This document shows positions 18,705-27,535 of a DNA stretch of 64,000 nucleotides, one piece after another. The notes beneath the pieces are model-generated. The model was not told the DNA's origin. It saw only the letters and a program-made list of their open reading frames with translations, and did no database searches. The position numbers were made by a program, and so were the translations under genes. Positions within the stretch are counted from its first letter, which is position 1. Each line of letters opens with the position of its first letter. This DNA comes from Dehalococcoidia bacterium (GTDB taxonomy: Bacteria > Chloroflexota > Dehalococcoidia > Bin125): assembly GCA_965263065.1 (NCBI GenBank), contig CBDHGH010000003.1:1564537-1628536 (forward strand). The letters are read 5' to 3'.

Positions 18705-19670
18705 TCAGTACCACTTCGCCTTGTCGACCACGTTCACGAACTCGCGCCCGTCGATCAGGCGGCGGGCGTTCTCGAGGATGAGCGCGAAGCGGCGCTCGGG
18801 GATGTTGGCCGCGTCGGCCACGGCGACGTGCGGCGTGATCAGCACGTTCTCCATCCGCCACAGCGGATGACCGACGGGCAGCGGCTCCGTCTCGAAGACA
18901 TCCAGCCCGGCCCCCGCGATCTCCCCGGCCTTGAGGGCGGCCACGAGGTCGTCGAGCTTGGTCGTCATGCCCCGCCCGATGTTGATGAAGTAGGCGGAGC
19001 GCTTCATCGCCTGGAAGCGGCGCGCGTCCCACATCCCCTCGGTCTCGGGCGTGTGCGGCACCGTCGTCACGACGAAGTCCGCCTCCGGCAGCCGCCGGTC
19101 GAGTTCGCCGGGCGGCACGATCTCGGCGGGCGCGTCGCGCTCGGGGCGCGGATCGACGCCGATCACCTGCGCCCCGAAGGCCGCGCAGAGCCGCGCCGTC
19201 TCCGCCCCGATCCCGCCCACCCCGACGATCAGCACGGTCGACGTCGCCAGGTCCACGTAGCCACGCTTGCGCGCCGCCTGATCCCAGCGGCCCTGCGCCT
19301 GCGCCGCGCTCCAGTAGGGCAGCCCGCGCGACAGGGCCAGCATGAACATCAGGATGTGATGCGCGATGTGGTCGGAGTAGATGCCGCGCGGGTTGGAGAC
19401 CGTGACGGGGTGATCGGCCAGCGCCGGGTAGTAGTAGCCGGGCGGCGGCCCCGCGAACGGGTTTTGCAGCAGCCGCAGCCGCTCGACGGTGGGCAGCACG
19501 TCGGGCGGGATGCCGCCGTAGGCCGCGTCGGCGTCGATCAACTCGCGGGCGGCGGCGGCGGCGTCCTCCGCCACGACGACCTCGAGTTGGGGCAGCGCCT
19601 CCCGGAGGCGCCGCGCCCAGGCGCGCACGTCGTCGTCGATGGGCGGTAACAGCACGTACTTGGGCATCAT
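18705..19670 (-). CDS. D-2-hydroxyacid dehydrogenase family
   Basis: GVGGIG, NIGRG, LDVFETEPL, TPH. Confidence 0.92.
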   Translation of the reverse strand: MMPKYVLLPPIDDDVRAWARRLREALPQLEVVVAEDAAAAARELIDADAAYGGIPPDVLPTVERLRLLQNPFAGPPPGYYYPALADHPVTVSNPRGIYSDHIAHHILMFMLALSRGLPYWSAAQAQGRWDQAARKRGYVDLATSTVLIVGVGGIGAETARLCAAFGAQVIGVDPRPERDAPAEIVPPGELDRRLPEADFVVTTVPHTPETEGMWDARRFQAMKRSAYFINIGRGMTTKLDDLVAALKAGEIAGAGLDVFETEPLPVGHPLWRMENVLITPHVAVADAANIPERRFALILENARRLIDGREFVNVVDKAKWY

Positions 19671-19760
19671 GCCTCCGCAGCGGGTAGCACTGTTGCGGGT
19701 ATCCTAGACCGACGCCCGCGCCGCACGGTGAGCGCGGCCGGCAGGTGAGGAGCGGACGGC

Positions 19761-20747
19761 ATGGTACTGCGAATCGGCACGTTGGGCGCGGCCGCGATCA
19801 CTCCCAGCGCCCTGATCGAACCGGCGGCGCGCCGCGACGACGTCGAGGTGCGTTGCGTCGCCGCGCGGGACCGCGCCCGCGCCCAGGCGTTCGCCGAGAC
19901 GCACGGCATCCCCACCGTCCACGACGGCTACGCGGACGTGGTCGAGGATCCCGAGATCGACGCGGTCTACAACCCGCTCCAGATCAGCGGGCACAAGGAA
20001 TGGACGATCCGCGCCCTGGAGGCCGGCAAGCACGTGCTCTGCGAGAAGCCCTTCGCGATGAACGAGGCGGAAGCCCGGGAGATGGCCGACGCCGCCCGCC
20101 GCAGCGGTCGCGTGTGCGTCGAGGCGTTCCACTACTACTACCACCCGGTTGGCCGTCGCATGCGCGAGATCGTGCAGAGCGGCCAACTGGGCACGATCCG
20201 CTCCGCCAGCGCACACTTCGCGGTCGGGATCGAGGACACGCCCAGCTCGATCCGCCACCGGATCGAACTCGGCGGCGGCGCGACGATGGACCTGGGCTGC
20301 TACCCGCTGCACTTCCTGCGCCACATCTTCCGGGCCGAGCCCGAAGTGCTCTCGGCCAGCGCGGAGACGGTGCGCGGGCAGGTCGACGTCGGCATGGAGG
20401 CCGACCTGCGGTTCCCCGGCGACGTGCCCGCCCACATCAGCACCGGCATGACCCCCGGGACGTGGTACACGGCCTGGGTCCACGTGGTCGGCGACGAGGG
20501 CGCGCTGCTGGTGGACAACCCCCTCGTCCCGCAGAACGGCAATCGCATCGAGATCGCGACGGCCGCGGGCCGGGCGGTCGAGACGCTCGAGCGCACGCCC
20601 ACCTTCGACTTCCAGCTCGAGGCCTTCGTGCGCGCCGTCGCCGGCGGCGCGCCGATGCCCACCGACGCCGACGACGGCGTGATCAGCATGCGCGTCATCG
20701 ACGCCGTCTACCGCGCCGCGGGGCTGTCGCCGCGGGGCGAAGTCTGA
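19761..20747 (+). CDS. Gfo/Idh/MocA family oxidoreductase
   Basis: GKHVLCEKP, GGGATMDLGCY. Confidence 0.92.
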   Translation: MVLRIGTLGAAAITPSALIEPAARRDDVEVRCVAARDRARAQAFAETHGIPTVHDGYADVVEDPEIDAVYNPLQISGHKEWTIRALEAGKHVLCEKPFAMNEAEAREMADAARRSGRVCVEAFHYYYHPVGRRMREIVQSGQLGTIRSASAHFAVGIEDTPSSIRHRIELGGGATMDLGCYPLHFLRHIFRAEPEVLSASAETVRGQVDVGMEADLRFPGDVPAHISTGMTPGTWYTAWVHVVGDEGALLVDNPLVPQNGNRIEIATAAGRAVETLERTPTFDFQLEAFVRAVAGGAPMPTDADDGVISMRVIDAVYRAAGLSPRGEV

Positions 20748-20821
20748 CACCATCCAGGTCGCGGGCCGGGCGCTCCCCGGCCACCTCTCCAGCCACACCT
20801 TCAGCAACGACGGGATGACCC

Positions 20822-21622
20822 ATGGCCGTACTCCGTAACACCCTCCGCGACCTGCTCGACGCCGGCAAGCCCACGATGGGCACGCACTTCCTCTCGCACG
20901 ATCCCGACATCCCGGAGTTCATCGGCGACACCGGGCTGTTCGACTACGCGGAGTTCGTCGCCGAGTACGCGACCTTCGACATGCCGCTGCTCTTCCACCT
21001 GGCCCGCGCGGCGCAGTGCGGCAACCTGCCGCTGATGATCAAGCTCGACCAGGCCAACGAGACCTTCTGGGCGCAGATGGCGCTCGGCGCCGGCTTCAAG
21101 GCCGTCCTCTTCACCGACATCCGCACGCCGGAGGACGTCGAGCGCGTGCACCGGGCCGTGCGGCCCGACACGCCCTCGCAGGGCGGCCTCATGGGCGTCA
21201 AGCTGCGCCGTCCCGCCCTCGGCGGCTACGAGTTGCAGGGCTACGCGGCGGACCTGGACTCGGTCGTGACCGTGATCATGATCGAGAAGAAGGTGGCCGT
21301 GGAGAACATCGACGCGATCCTGACCGTCGCCCGCGAGCGCGGCATCGACATGACGCAGTGGGGCCCCACCGACTTCCGCTTCTCGTACGGCCCGGCGGCG
21401 GAGATGGCCCCGGCCGACGTCCGCGCGGCCGAGGAGCTGGTGATCCGCAAGTCGCTGGAGTATGGCGTCGCCCCGCGGATTGAGATCGGGGCGGTCGAGC
21501 AGGCGCAGCGCTACATCGACCTCGGCGTGCGGCACTTCTGCATCGGCTGGGATCGCGCCCTCATGCAGGCCCACTTCCGCGCCCTCGGCGAGGGCCTGCG
21601 GCCCCTGCTCGAAAATCTCTGA
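20822..21622 (+). CDS. HpcH/HpaI aldolase family protein
   Basis: AEY, VIMIEK and WGPTD motifs. Confidence 0.8.
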   Translation: MAVLRNTLRDLLDAGKPTMGTHFLSHDPDIPEFIGDTGLFDYAEFVAEYATFDMPLLFHLARAAQCGNLPLMIKLDQANETFWAQMALGAGFKAVLFTDIRTPEDVERVHRAVRPDTPSQGGLMGVKLRRPALGGYELQGYAADLDSVVTVIMIEKKVAVENIDAILTVARERGIDMTQWGPTDFRFSYGPAAEMAPADVRAAEELVIRKSLEYGVAPRIEIGAVEQAQRYIDLGVRHFCIGWDRALMQAHFRALGEGLRPLLENL

Positions 21623-21648
21623 TCCCGCGGCGTTCGCGCGCGGCTCCC

Positions 21649-22701
21649 TCAGTCCAGCGGCGTCGTCACGGGGCGCGTCATGTCCCCGAACGACGGCATC
21701 CACGACGAGTGCTTGCCCGGTCCCCCCGCCACGATGATGTGGATCGACTCGGGCGCGTCCGCGATCGGCAGCGGCTGTCCCGGATCGATCGCCTGCCGGC
21801 GCAGCGAGACCAGATCGAGGAACTCCGGCGAGAGACGATCGCTTGGATAGCGCGCCTGTGCGTAGAGGTACGCCTGCACCTGCCCCCGCGTCCAGCCCTC
21901 CCCCGCGACCGTAGCGGCGTGCTCCGGCCCGAACGCCAGCAGCGGCTCCCCTCCCAGCCAGAGGTTGTTGCTCCCCGCCTGCCCCATGGCCCCCGCGACC
22001 GTCCGCAGCACCCCCTCCGCCGTGTTCGACGCGTGGTCCTGGATGTTGTGCGGCGCCTCCGCCGCGAACACCGTCACCGCGCTGTCGCCGGCGCGCAGCC
22101 CGCGCGTCGTGTGGAACGGCGGCCAGGGGCTGGCGTCCTCCCGCTCCGTGGCGCAGAAGGCCAGCTTGGCGGGCGTGCCCTGCGTCGCGCGATCCCCCCG
22201 CCCCGGCGTCGCGCCTGCGACGTTCAGCAGCACCAGCCGCACCGCGCGTCCGATGGCCACGTTGGCCGGATGGGCGGGCCCGAAACAGCCCGCGCCGCCG
22301 TGCAGGCCGGCCGCCCGCGCCGCCGGTCCGCTGCCCAGCACGAACACCCCGCAGGGATGGGTCGTCGCGTTCACGCCGGGCAGGTTGAAGGCGGGGTCGG
22401 CCAGCCCGGCGATCGCCGCCACGACGATCGGCAACTGCGCCGGCCGACAGCCCGCCATCACGGCGTTCACCGCGATCGCGTGCACCGTCGCCTCGCCCTG
22501 CCGCGGCGACAGCACCCCCACGACCGACAGCGGCTCCTGCGGCACGCCCGCCATCATCGCCTCCACCCGCGCCTCCGTGGGAGGGATCAGCGGCAGCCCG
22601 TCCGACCAGCCGCGCCGCTGCGCCTCCAATGAGAACGCCGCGACGTCCTCCGGCAGATCCACCTGCCCGGCGAGGCGGCCAAGCTCCGCCGGCGGTGTCA
22701 C
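21649..22701 (-). CDS. Conserved uncharacterised partner of UGSC (seleno)proteins
   Basis: GWSDGLPLIPPT, AVNAVMAGC, NATTH, ANVAIGRA, IVAGG; start overlaps the upstream stop (GTGA). Confidence 0.8.
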   Translation of the reverse strand: MTPPAELGRLAGQVDLPEDVAAFSLEAQRRGWSDGLPLIPPTEARVEAMMAGVPQEPLSVVGVLSPRQGEATVHAIAVNAVMAGCRPAQLPIVVAAIAGLADPAFNLPGVNATTHPCGVFVLGSGPAARAAGLHGGAGCFGPAHPANVAIGRAVRLVLLNVAGATPGRGDRATQGTPAKLAFCATEREDASPWPPFHTTRGLRAGDSAVTVFAAEAPHNIQDHASNTAEGVLRTVAGAMGQAGSNNLWLGGEPLLAFGPEHAATVAGEGWTRGQVQAYLYAQARYPSDRLSPEFLDLVSLRRQAIDPGQPLPIADAPESIHIIVAGGPGKHSSWMPSFGDMTRPVTTPLD

Positions 22702-23231
22702 CCGCCGGCCAGCAGCGCGCGGTGCAGCGCGTCGACCGCGACGGCCGCCTTGGCCTGCATGGCCGCGGGCTTCAGCCCGCCCAAGGGGTGCGGCACGATG
22801 ACCCGCGACAGCCCCGCCAGGCCCCGCTGCTCCGCCTCTAGCTGCAGGAGCCCCGCGAACTCATCGGTGCCGACGGTCACCGTGGGGATGCCCTGCTGCT
22901 CGAACATGATCGCGGCGTGGACACTCCACGTCGTGCAGGAGCCTCAATCGCTCGAGCCGACCAAGACGAAGTCGGCGTGCTCCCGCAGGTGCTCGAACGT
23001 CCGCCGCGACGGCGGCCCCGACACCGGCTTGCTGCCCACGGCGAGCGCACCCAGCGCCGCACGTCCCCGCAGCCCCTCCACCATCGCCTCCATCACCACG
23101 CGGGCGTTCGGCTTGCCGTTCTCCAGGATGCCCGGCCGCAGCCCGTCGAGCGCCGCCGGGCGCGCGGCCGCCTCCACCTCTGCGACGCGGACGTGTCCGC
23201 TGGGATCGAATACGCGGACGGTAGCGGCCAT
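22698..23231 (-). CDS. UGSC-motif selenoprotein (Sec encoded by TGA at 22944-22946), 177 aa
   Basis: ATG 23231 behind GAGGAGG; ...VGSSD-TGA-GSCTTWSVHAAIMFEQQGIPTV...VPHPLG in one frame, joining ORF-track entries 22944-23351 and 22698-22907. Confidence 0.88.
22913..22933 (-). promoter_or_regulatory. Putative bacterial SECIS stem-loop
   Basis: CG-A-CGTGGA-GTG-TCCACG-C-CG beginning 11 nt after the UGA; apical loop starts with G about 20 nt downstream. Confidence 0.6.
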
Positions 23232-23466
23232 AGCGGCCTCCTCTCGCGACCGGGGCGGGGTCCGTTCGGCGTAGTATGGCACGCGCCGCGAGGGCCGTGG
23301 CGCGATCGTCGCGGGCGGCGGGTCTTGGCCGACGCCGGCGCATGGGCACACCGTCGTGAGCAGGCAGACGCAGGCATCCTTCTACGCCGGCTGTGTCGTC
23401 CTCCGGTGGTCGACCGTCGCGTCGGCGTTCAAGCTGTCGTTGCGCTCCGTCGAGGCGCCGCACATG

Positions 23467-23528
23467 CTGCTCTACGCGGTCGCGGGGGAGAGCGGCATCG
23501 CGATCGCGGCGGTCCTGTTCGACGACTG
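23467..23528 (+). repeat. Orphan copy of the 3' end of gene 26554-27525 (direct repeat of 27463-27524)
   Basis: 59/62 nt identical; LLYAVAGESGIAIAAVLFDD versus LLYAVAGESGIAIAEVFFDD*. Confidence 0.9.
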
Positions 23529-23587
23529 CGGGGGATCGGCCGTCGCTCGCCCTGCGAGGCGTGGGCTCGCGACGGCGCCGACCGCCG

Positions 23588-24757
23588 CTAGTCGATGACG
23601 ATCTCGTCGACCTGGTACCCCCGCAGGTGCTCCCAGTCCCATTCCACGCCCAGCCCCGGGCCCTGCGGCACATCCATGCATCCCTCCGAGTCGATGGCGT
23701 CGAGCAGGTCGGCGTAGCCGCTCAGATTGGGCCGGACGAAGCCGTAGACCTTCGGGTGCACCAGCGTGAGCTCGTAGAAGTTGGAGTTGCGCATGGCCGC
23801 CATGCAGTGGCGATGCGCGGGTCCGGCCCCGTGGATCTCCACGTCCGCGCCCATCCCCTCGGCCGCGTGGGCGATCTTCATCACGCCCGTGATGCCACCG
23901 TCGAGGTCCGGATCGGCGCGCCAGAAGTCGGTCGCGTCGGCGATGCCCATGTCGGTGTGGGCCTCCACCAAGTGCAGGTGCTCGCCCTGCAGCAGGGGCG
24001 TGCGCAGGGCGGCGCGCAGCCGGCGATGCGCGGCGAAGGAGACGCCGCCGTCCTTGAGCGGGTCCTCGTACCAGAAGTAGCCGGCGTCATCGAGCGCGCG
24101 ACCCACCCGCAGTGCGTCCCCGTAGGTGTCGTAGGCGCAGCACGGGTCCAGCATCAGCGCCATCGAATCGCCCACCCGATCCCGGACGGCCTGCACCGTC
24201 TCGATCTCGCGCTGGATCACGGGGTCACCCCAGGAGTGGATTTTGAAGGCGCGGTAGCCCATCTCCCGGCACTGCGCGGCGAAGTCGGCGTAGCCCTGGG
24301 GTGAACTGAGTCCGTCGGGCTGGCGGTCGGCGTGGAAGGTGCTGGCGTAGACCGGCAGCTTCGTGCGGTAGCCGCCCAGCAGGCGGTAGATGGGCGCCTG
24401 ATGGAGCTTGCCGGCCAAGTCCCAGAGAGCGATGTCGATCGGCCCGATGCCGATCCGGTCGTGCTTGCGCAGGATGTATTTGGCCTGGTTGTAGAAGAGT
24501 TCGCGCTGCAGCGCGTCCTTCCCGATCAAGAAGGGCGCGAAGATGCGGATCTGCTCCAGGGCGCCGGGGGCGGCGCTGAGGTAGTCGCCCGTGACGCCGG
24601 TGTCCGACACGATGCGGACGCCCAACATCGGCTGCTGCACGACGCTGCCGGGCTCGTAGAATGCCCCCGCAGCGAAGCCCAGATCGACGGTCAGGTCTTG
24701 GCGGGGGTAGCGGTACACCGCGATGCGGATCTGCCTGATCGTCGGCGATAGCGCCAT
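23588..24757 (-). CDS. Mandelate racemase/enolase superfamily protein
   Basis: IDIALWDLAGK, FKIH, MLDP, WYEDP, QGE, EIH. Confidence 0.88.
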   Translation of the reverse strand: MALSPTIRQIRIAVYRYPRQDLTVDLGFAAGAFYEPGSVVQQPMLGVRIVSDTGVTGDYLSAAPGALEQIRIFAPFLIGKDALQRELFYNQAKYILRKHDRIGIGPIDIALWDLAGKLHQAPIYRLLGGYRTKLPVYASTFHADRQPDGLSSPQGYADFAAQCREMGYRAFKIHSWGDPVIQREIETVQAVRDRVGDSMALMLDPCCAYDTYGDALRVGRALDDAGYFWYEDPLKDGGVSFAAHRRLRAALRTPLLQGEHLHLVEAHTDMGIADATDFWRADPDLDGGITGVMKIAHAAEGMGADVEIHGAGPAHRHCMAAMRNSNFYELTLVHPKVYGFVRPNLSGYADLLDAIDSEGCMDVPQGPGLGVEWDWEHLRGYQVDEIVID

Positions 24758-24980
24758 GCCCTGCCTCCGGCTTGCTGTCGGCGGGAGTCCAGGGTAGGCG
24801 ATGCCCGTGGGGGCGTCGACGGTCGGGCGGCCGGAGATTCCCACCCGGATGAGGAGATCCCCGTGACGCGCGTGCAGCGAGCGGCGGATCAGGCGCGCCA
24901 AGAAGTCACGTTCGTTCAGGCCGTGCCCACGCTGGAACGGCGGCTGACTCGGCGGCTGGCGGTGTCGTCGCGCTGGGGCG

Positions 24981-26435
24981 CTAGGATCGGCGGCCGCTGA
25001 TGGTCACGGCGCCGAGGCCGGTGGCTTCGGCCATGTCGAGGCGGACCTCGTCGCCGTGGAAGCTCAGGGAGATGCGCCAGCGGTTGATGCTGCCGATCTC
25101 GTCCCAATCGAGCGTGAAGACATCGCCGGCCTGCCAGCCGCCGCGGCAGGCGGCGGGGAGCCCCACCCGCCCCGTCGCGCTGCTCCGCGGGACGTTGTCC
25201 AGGCCGATGCGCAACTCCGTCGGCGCGCCGGAGCCGAGCAGCCGCAGTCGCGCTTCGGCGCCGCCCGCGAGCGACAGCGAGAAGGCGCGCAGCCCGAAGG
25301 GGTTGGCGTCGAGGCGATACTCGTGCCCGTCGACGCGACGGGCGAGGGCGGGGATCGAAGGGAGTGGGCGAGGATCGTCGCGGGGCTGGCGCGCCTCCTG
25401 CGTCACCTCCCGCAGTCGCCCGGCGCCGGCCGGGTTGGCGGGCAAAGCGGCGTCCGAGCGCAGCGCGGGGAGCAGGAGCGAATCGATGAGCTCGTCCCGG
25501 ACGGCCCCCTGCTCGGGGCTGAGTCCGGCCGTGAGCACGGCGACAGCCTCGAGCGCGGGGGCGACGATGATCTGCTGGCCGCCGCGTCCGTTGGCGGCGT
25601 AGACGTCGGGCGACGCCAGCCACCAGCCGTAGCCATAGCCGAAGTGCCCGGGCGGGGCGGCGTGCTTGCGGGTCGCGGCGCCGACCCATTCGCGGGAGAC
25701 GATCTGCCGGCCGTCGTAGCGCCCCTTCTGCAGGAAGAGCATGCCGATCTTCGCCATGTCGCGGGGCGTGAGGTGCAGGTCGCCCCAGCCGGTCGTGACG
25801 CCCTGGGGGCTGGGAGGCCACACGACGTCCTCGATGCCGAGCGGGCCGAAGAGGTGCTCACGCGCGAAGTCGAGCGCTGTGCGGCCGGTGGCCTGCTGCA
25901 GGATGACGGAAAGCAGGTAGGAGGCCGGGCTGCAGTACTCGAAGCGGGCGCCCGGGTTCTCGATCATCGGTAGGTCCAGCACGAACTGCGCCCAGTCGTC
26001 GCTGCGCCGCATCTCCTGCAGCGTGATCTCGCCGGGGTCGGCGTAGCAGGCGAGCCCCGTCGACATGGTGAGCAGGTGGGCGAGCGTCAGCGCGCGCTTG
26101 CGATCGTCCACGTTGGCAACCGGGCGGCCGGGCAGGAGGTCGAGCACGGGCTGATCGACGCCCGCGATGGCGCCCTGGTCGATGGCGATGCCGATCAGCG
26201 TCGACGTCACGCTCTTCGTGCAGGAGGCGAGGTCGTGCAGGCCGCCGGTGAAGGGGTGGAAGGTGATGTCGGCTGCGACGCGGCCGTGCCGCAGCACGAG
26301 CAGGCTGTGGATCGGGAGTTCGATCTCGAGGATGCGCCGGCACAGCGTCGCGAGTCGATCCGAGTCCACCCCGATCGACTCGGGCACGGCGACGGGCCAG
26401 GGATGGCCGGACTCGGGGTCGGCGGGGGTGGTCAG
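24981..26435 (-). CDS. Serine hydrolase (class C beta-lactamase/6-aminohexanoate-dimer hydrolase-like)
   Basis: SCTK (SxxK), LLTMSTG, FEYCS, YGYGWW, GRGGQ; start uncertain (CTG 26435 or GTG 26387). Confidence 0.85.
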   Translation of the reverse strand: MTTPADPESGHPWPVAVPESIGVDSDRLATLCRRILEIELPIHSLLVLRHGRVAADITFHPFTGGLHDLASCTKSVTSTLIGIAIDQGAIAGVDQPVLDLLPGRPVANVDDRKRALTLAHLLTMSTGLACYADPGEITLQEMRRSDDWAQFVLDLPMIENPGARFEYCSPASYLLSVILQQATGRTALDFAREHLFGPLGIEDVVWPPSPQGVTTGWGDLHLTPRDMAKIGMLFLQKGRYDGRQIVSREWVGAATRKHAAPPGHFGYGYGWWLASPDVYAANGRGGQQIIVAPALEAVAVLTAGLSPEQGAVRDELIDSLLLPALRSDAALPANPAGAGRLREVTQEARQPRDDPRPLPSIPALARRVDGHEYRLDANPFGLRAFSLSLAGGAEARLRLLGSGAPTELRIGLDNVPRSSATGRVGLPAACRGGWQAGDVFTLDWDEIGSINRWRISLSFHGDEVRLDMAEATGLGAVTISGRRS

Positions 26436-26553
26436 GGCATCTCTCCTCTCGGGTCGCGGGCAGGGCGGGGCAGGCCGATACTAGACCAGCGGACCCCGGA
26501 GCGGGTCGCGCCCGGCCGCGGCCGGAGATCCGCACTCGGCCGAGGAGGCCCCC

Positions 26554-27525
26554 GTGACGCGCGTGCAGCGACTGCTCGACCACCCGATCATCGGCCCGGA
26601 GCTGGACCCGAGCATCGGCCGGAACATCCAGGGGCCCTCGTTGATCCGGGCGCCGGAGTGGATCAACGAGCCGCTGGGGCGGTACTACCTGTACTTCGCC
26701 GATCACAAGGGGACGTACATCCGCCTGGCCTACGCCGACGACCTGCTGGGTCCGTGGCGGGTGCACGTCCCCGGCAGCCTGCAGCTGGCGGAGTCGCGCT
26801 TCCCGACGCAGCCGCTCGCTCTCTCCGCCGCGCAGCGGGCCGACGTTGAGGCGCGACACGCCGCGCGCGGGGTGCGGATCTCGCACGACCCGGTGACCGA
26901 GGCCACGACGCCGCACATCGCGTCGCCGGACGTGCACGTCGACGAAGCGCGGCGCCGGGTGCGGATGTACTACCACGGGCTGGCGGGCGTCGCGGAGCAG
27001 GTGATGCGGGTGGCGCAGTCGTCCGACGGGGTGCGCTTCGTCGCCAGCGACGAGGTGCTGTCGCGGACCTACCTGCGCGCGTTCGTCTGGGACGGGTGGA
27101 CGTACGGCCTCGCGATGCCGGGGCAGCTCTATCGCTCGCGCGACGGCCTGACCGGCTTCGAGGCCGGGCCGTTGCTGTTCAACCCGCACATGCGGCACGC
27201 CGGGCTGTGCCTGCGCGACGGCACGCTGCACGTGTTCTGGACGCAGGTGGGCGAGGCGCCGGAGCGCATCCTGCTGAGCACGATCGACCTGCGGCCGGAC
27301 TGGCACGACTGGCGGGAATCGGCCGCGGTGGAGGTGTTGCGGCCGGAGCGGCCGTGGGAGGGCGCCGGTGCGCCGCTCGAGCCGTCGGTGCGGAGCACGG
27401 CGTACGGGCAGGTGAACCAGCTGCGCGACCCCGCAGTCTACGTCGAGGACGGGCGCACGTACCTGCTCTACGCGGTCGCGGGGGAGAGCGGCATCGCGAT
27501 CGCGGAGGTCTTCTTCGACGACTGA
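26554..27525 (+). CDS. Hypothetical protein, five-bladed beta-propeller glycoside hydrolase-like
   Basis: YYLYFADH, HIASPDV and LRDPAVY blade-like motifs; GAGGAGG RBS. Confidence 0.65.
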   Translation: MTRVQRLLDHPIIGPELDPSIGRNIQGPSLIRAPEWINEPLGRYYLYFADHKGTYIRLAYADDLLGPWRVHVPGSLQLAESRFPTQPLALSAAQRADVEARHAARGVRISHDPVTEATTPHIASPDVHVDEARRRVRMYYHGLAGVAEQVMRVAQSSDGVRFVASDEVLSRTYLRAFVWDGWTYGLAMPGQLYRSRDGLTGFEAGPLLFNPHMRHAGLCLRDGTLHVFWTQVGEAPERILLSTIDLRPDWHDWRESAAVEVLRPERPWEGAGAPLEPSVRSTAYGQVNQLRDPAVYVEDGRTYLLYAVAGESGIAIAEVFFDD

Positions 27526-27535
27526 GGGCGGCGGG

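Noticed and set aside
23356-23598. 80-aa ORF as a real gene
   Set aside because: Its only recognisable part is the duplicated 3' end of gene 26554-27525; treated as a remnant.
24981-26435. Serine hydrolase as a true beta-lactamase resistance gene
   Set aside because: No signal peptide, YxS rather than YxN, and a catabolic context; more likely an esterase or amidase.
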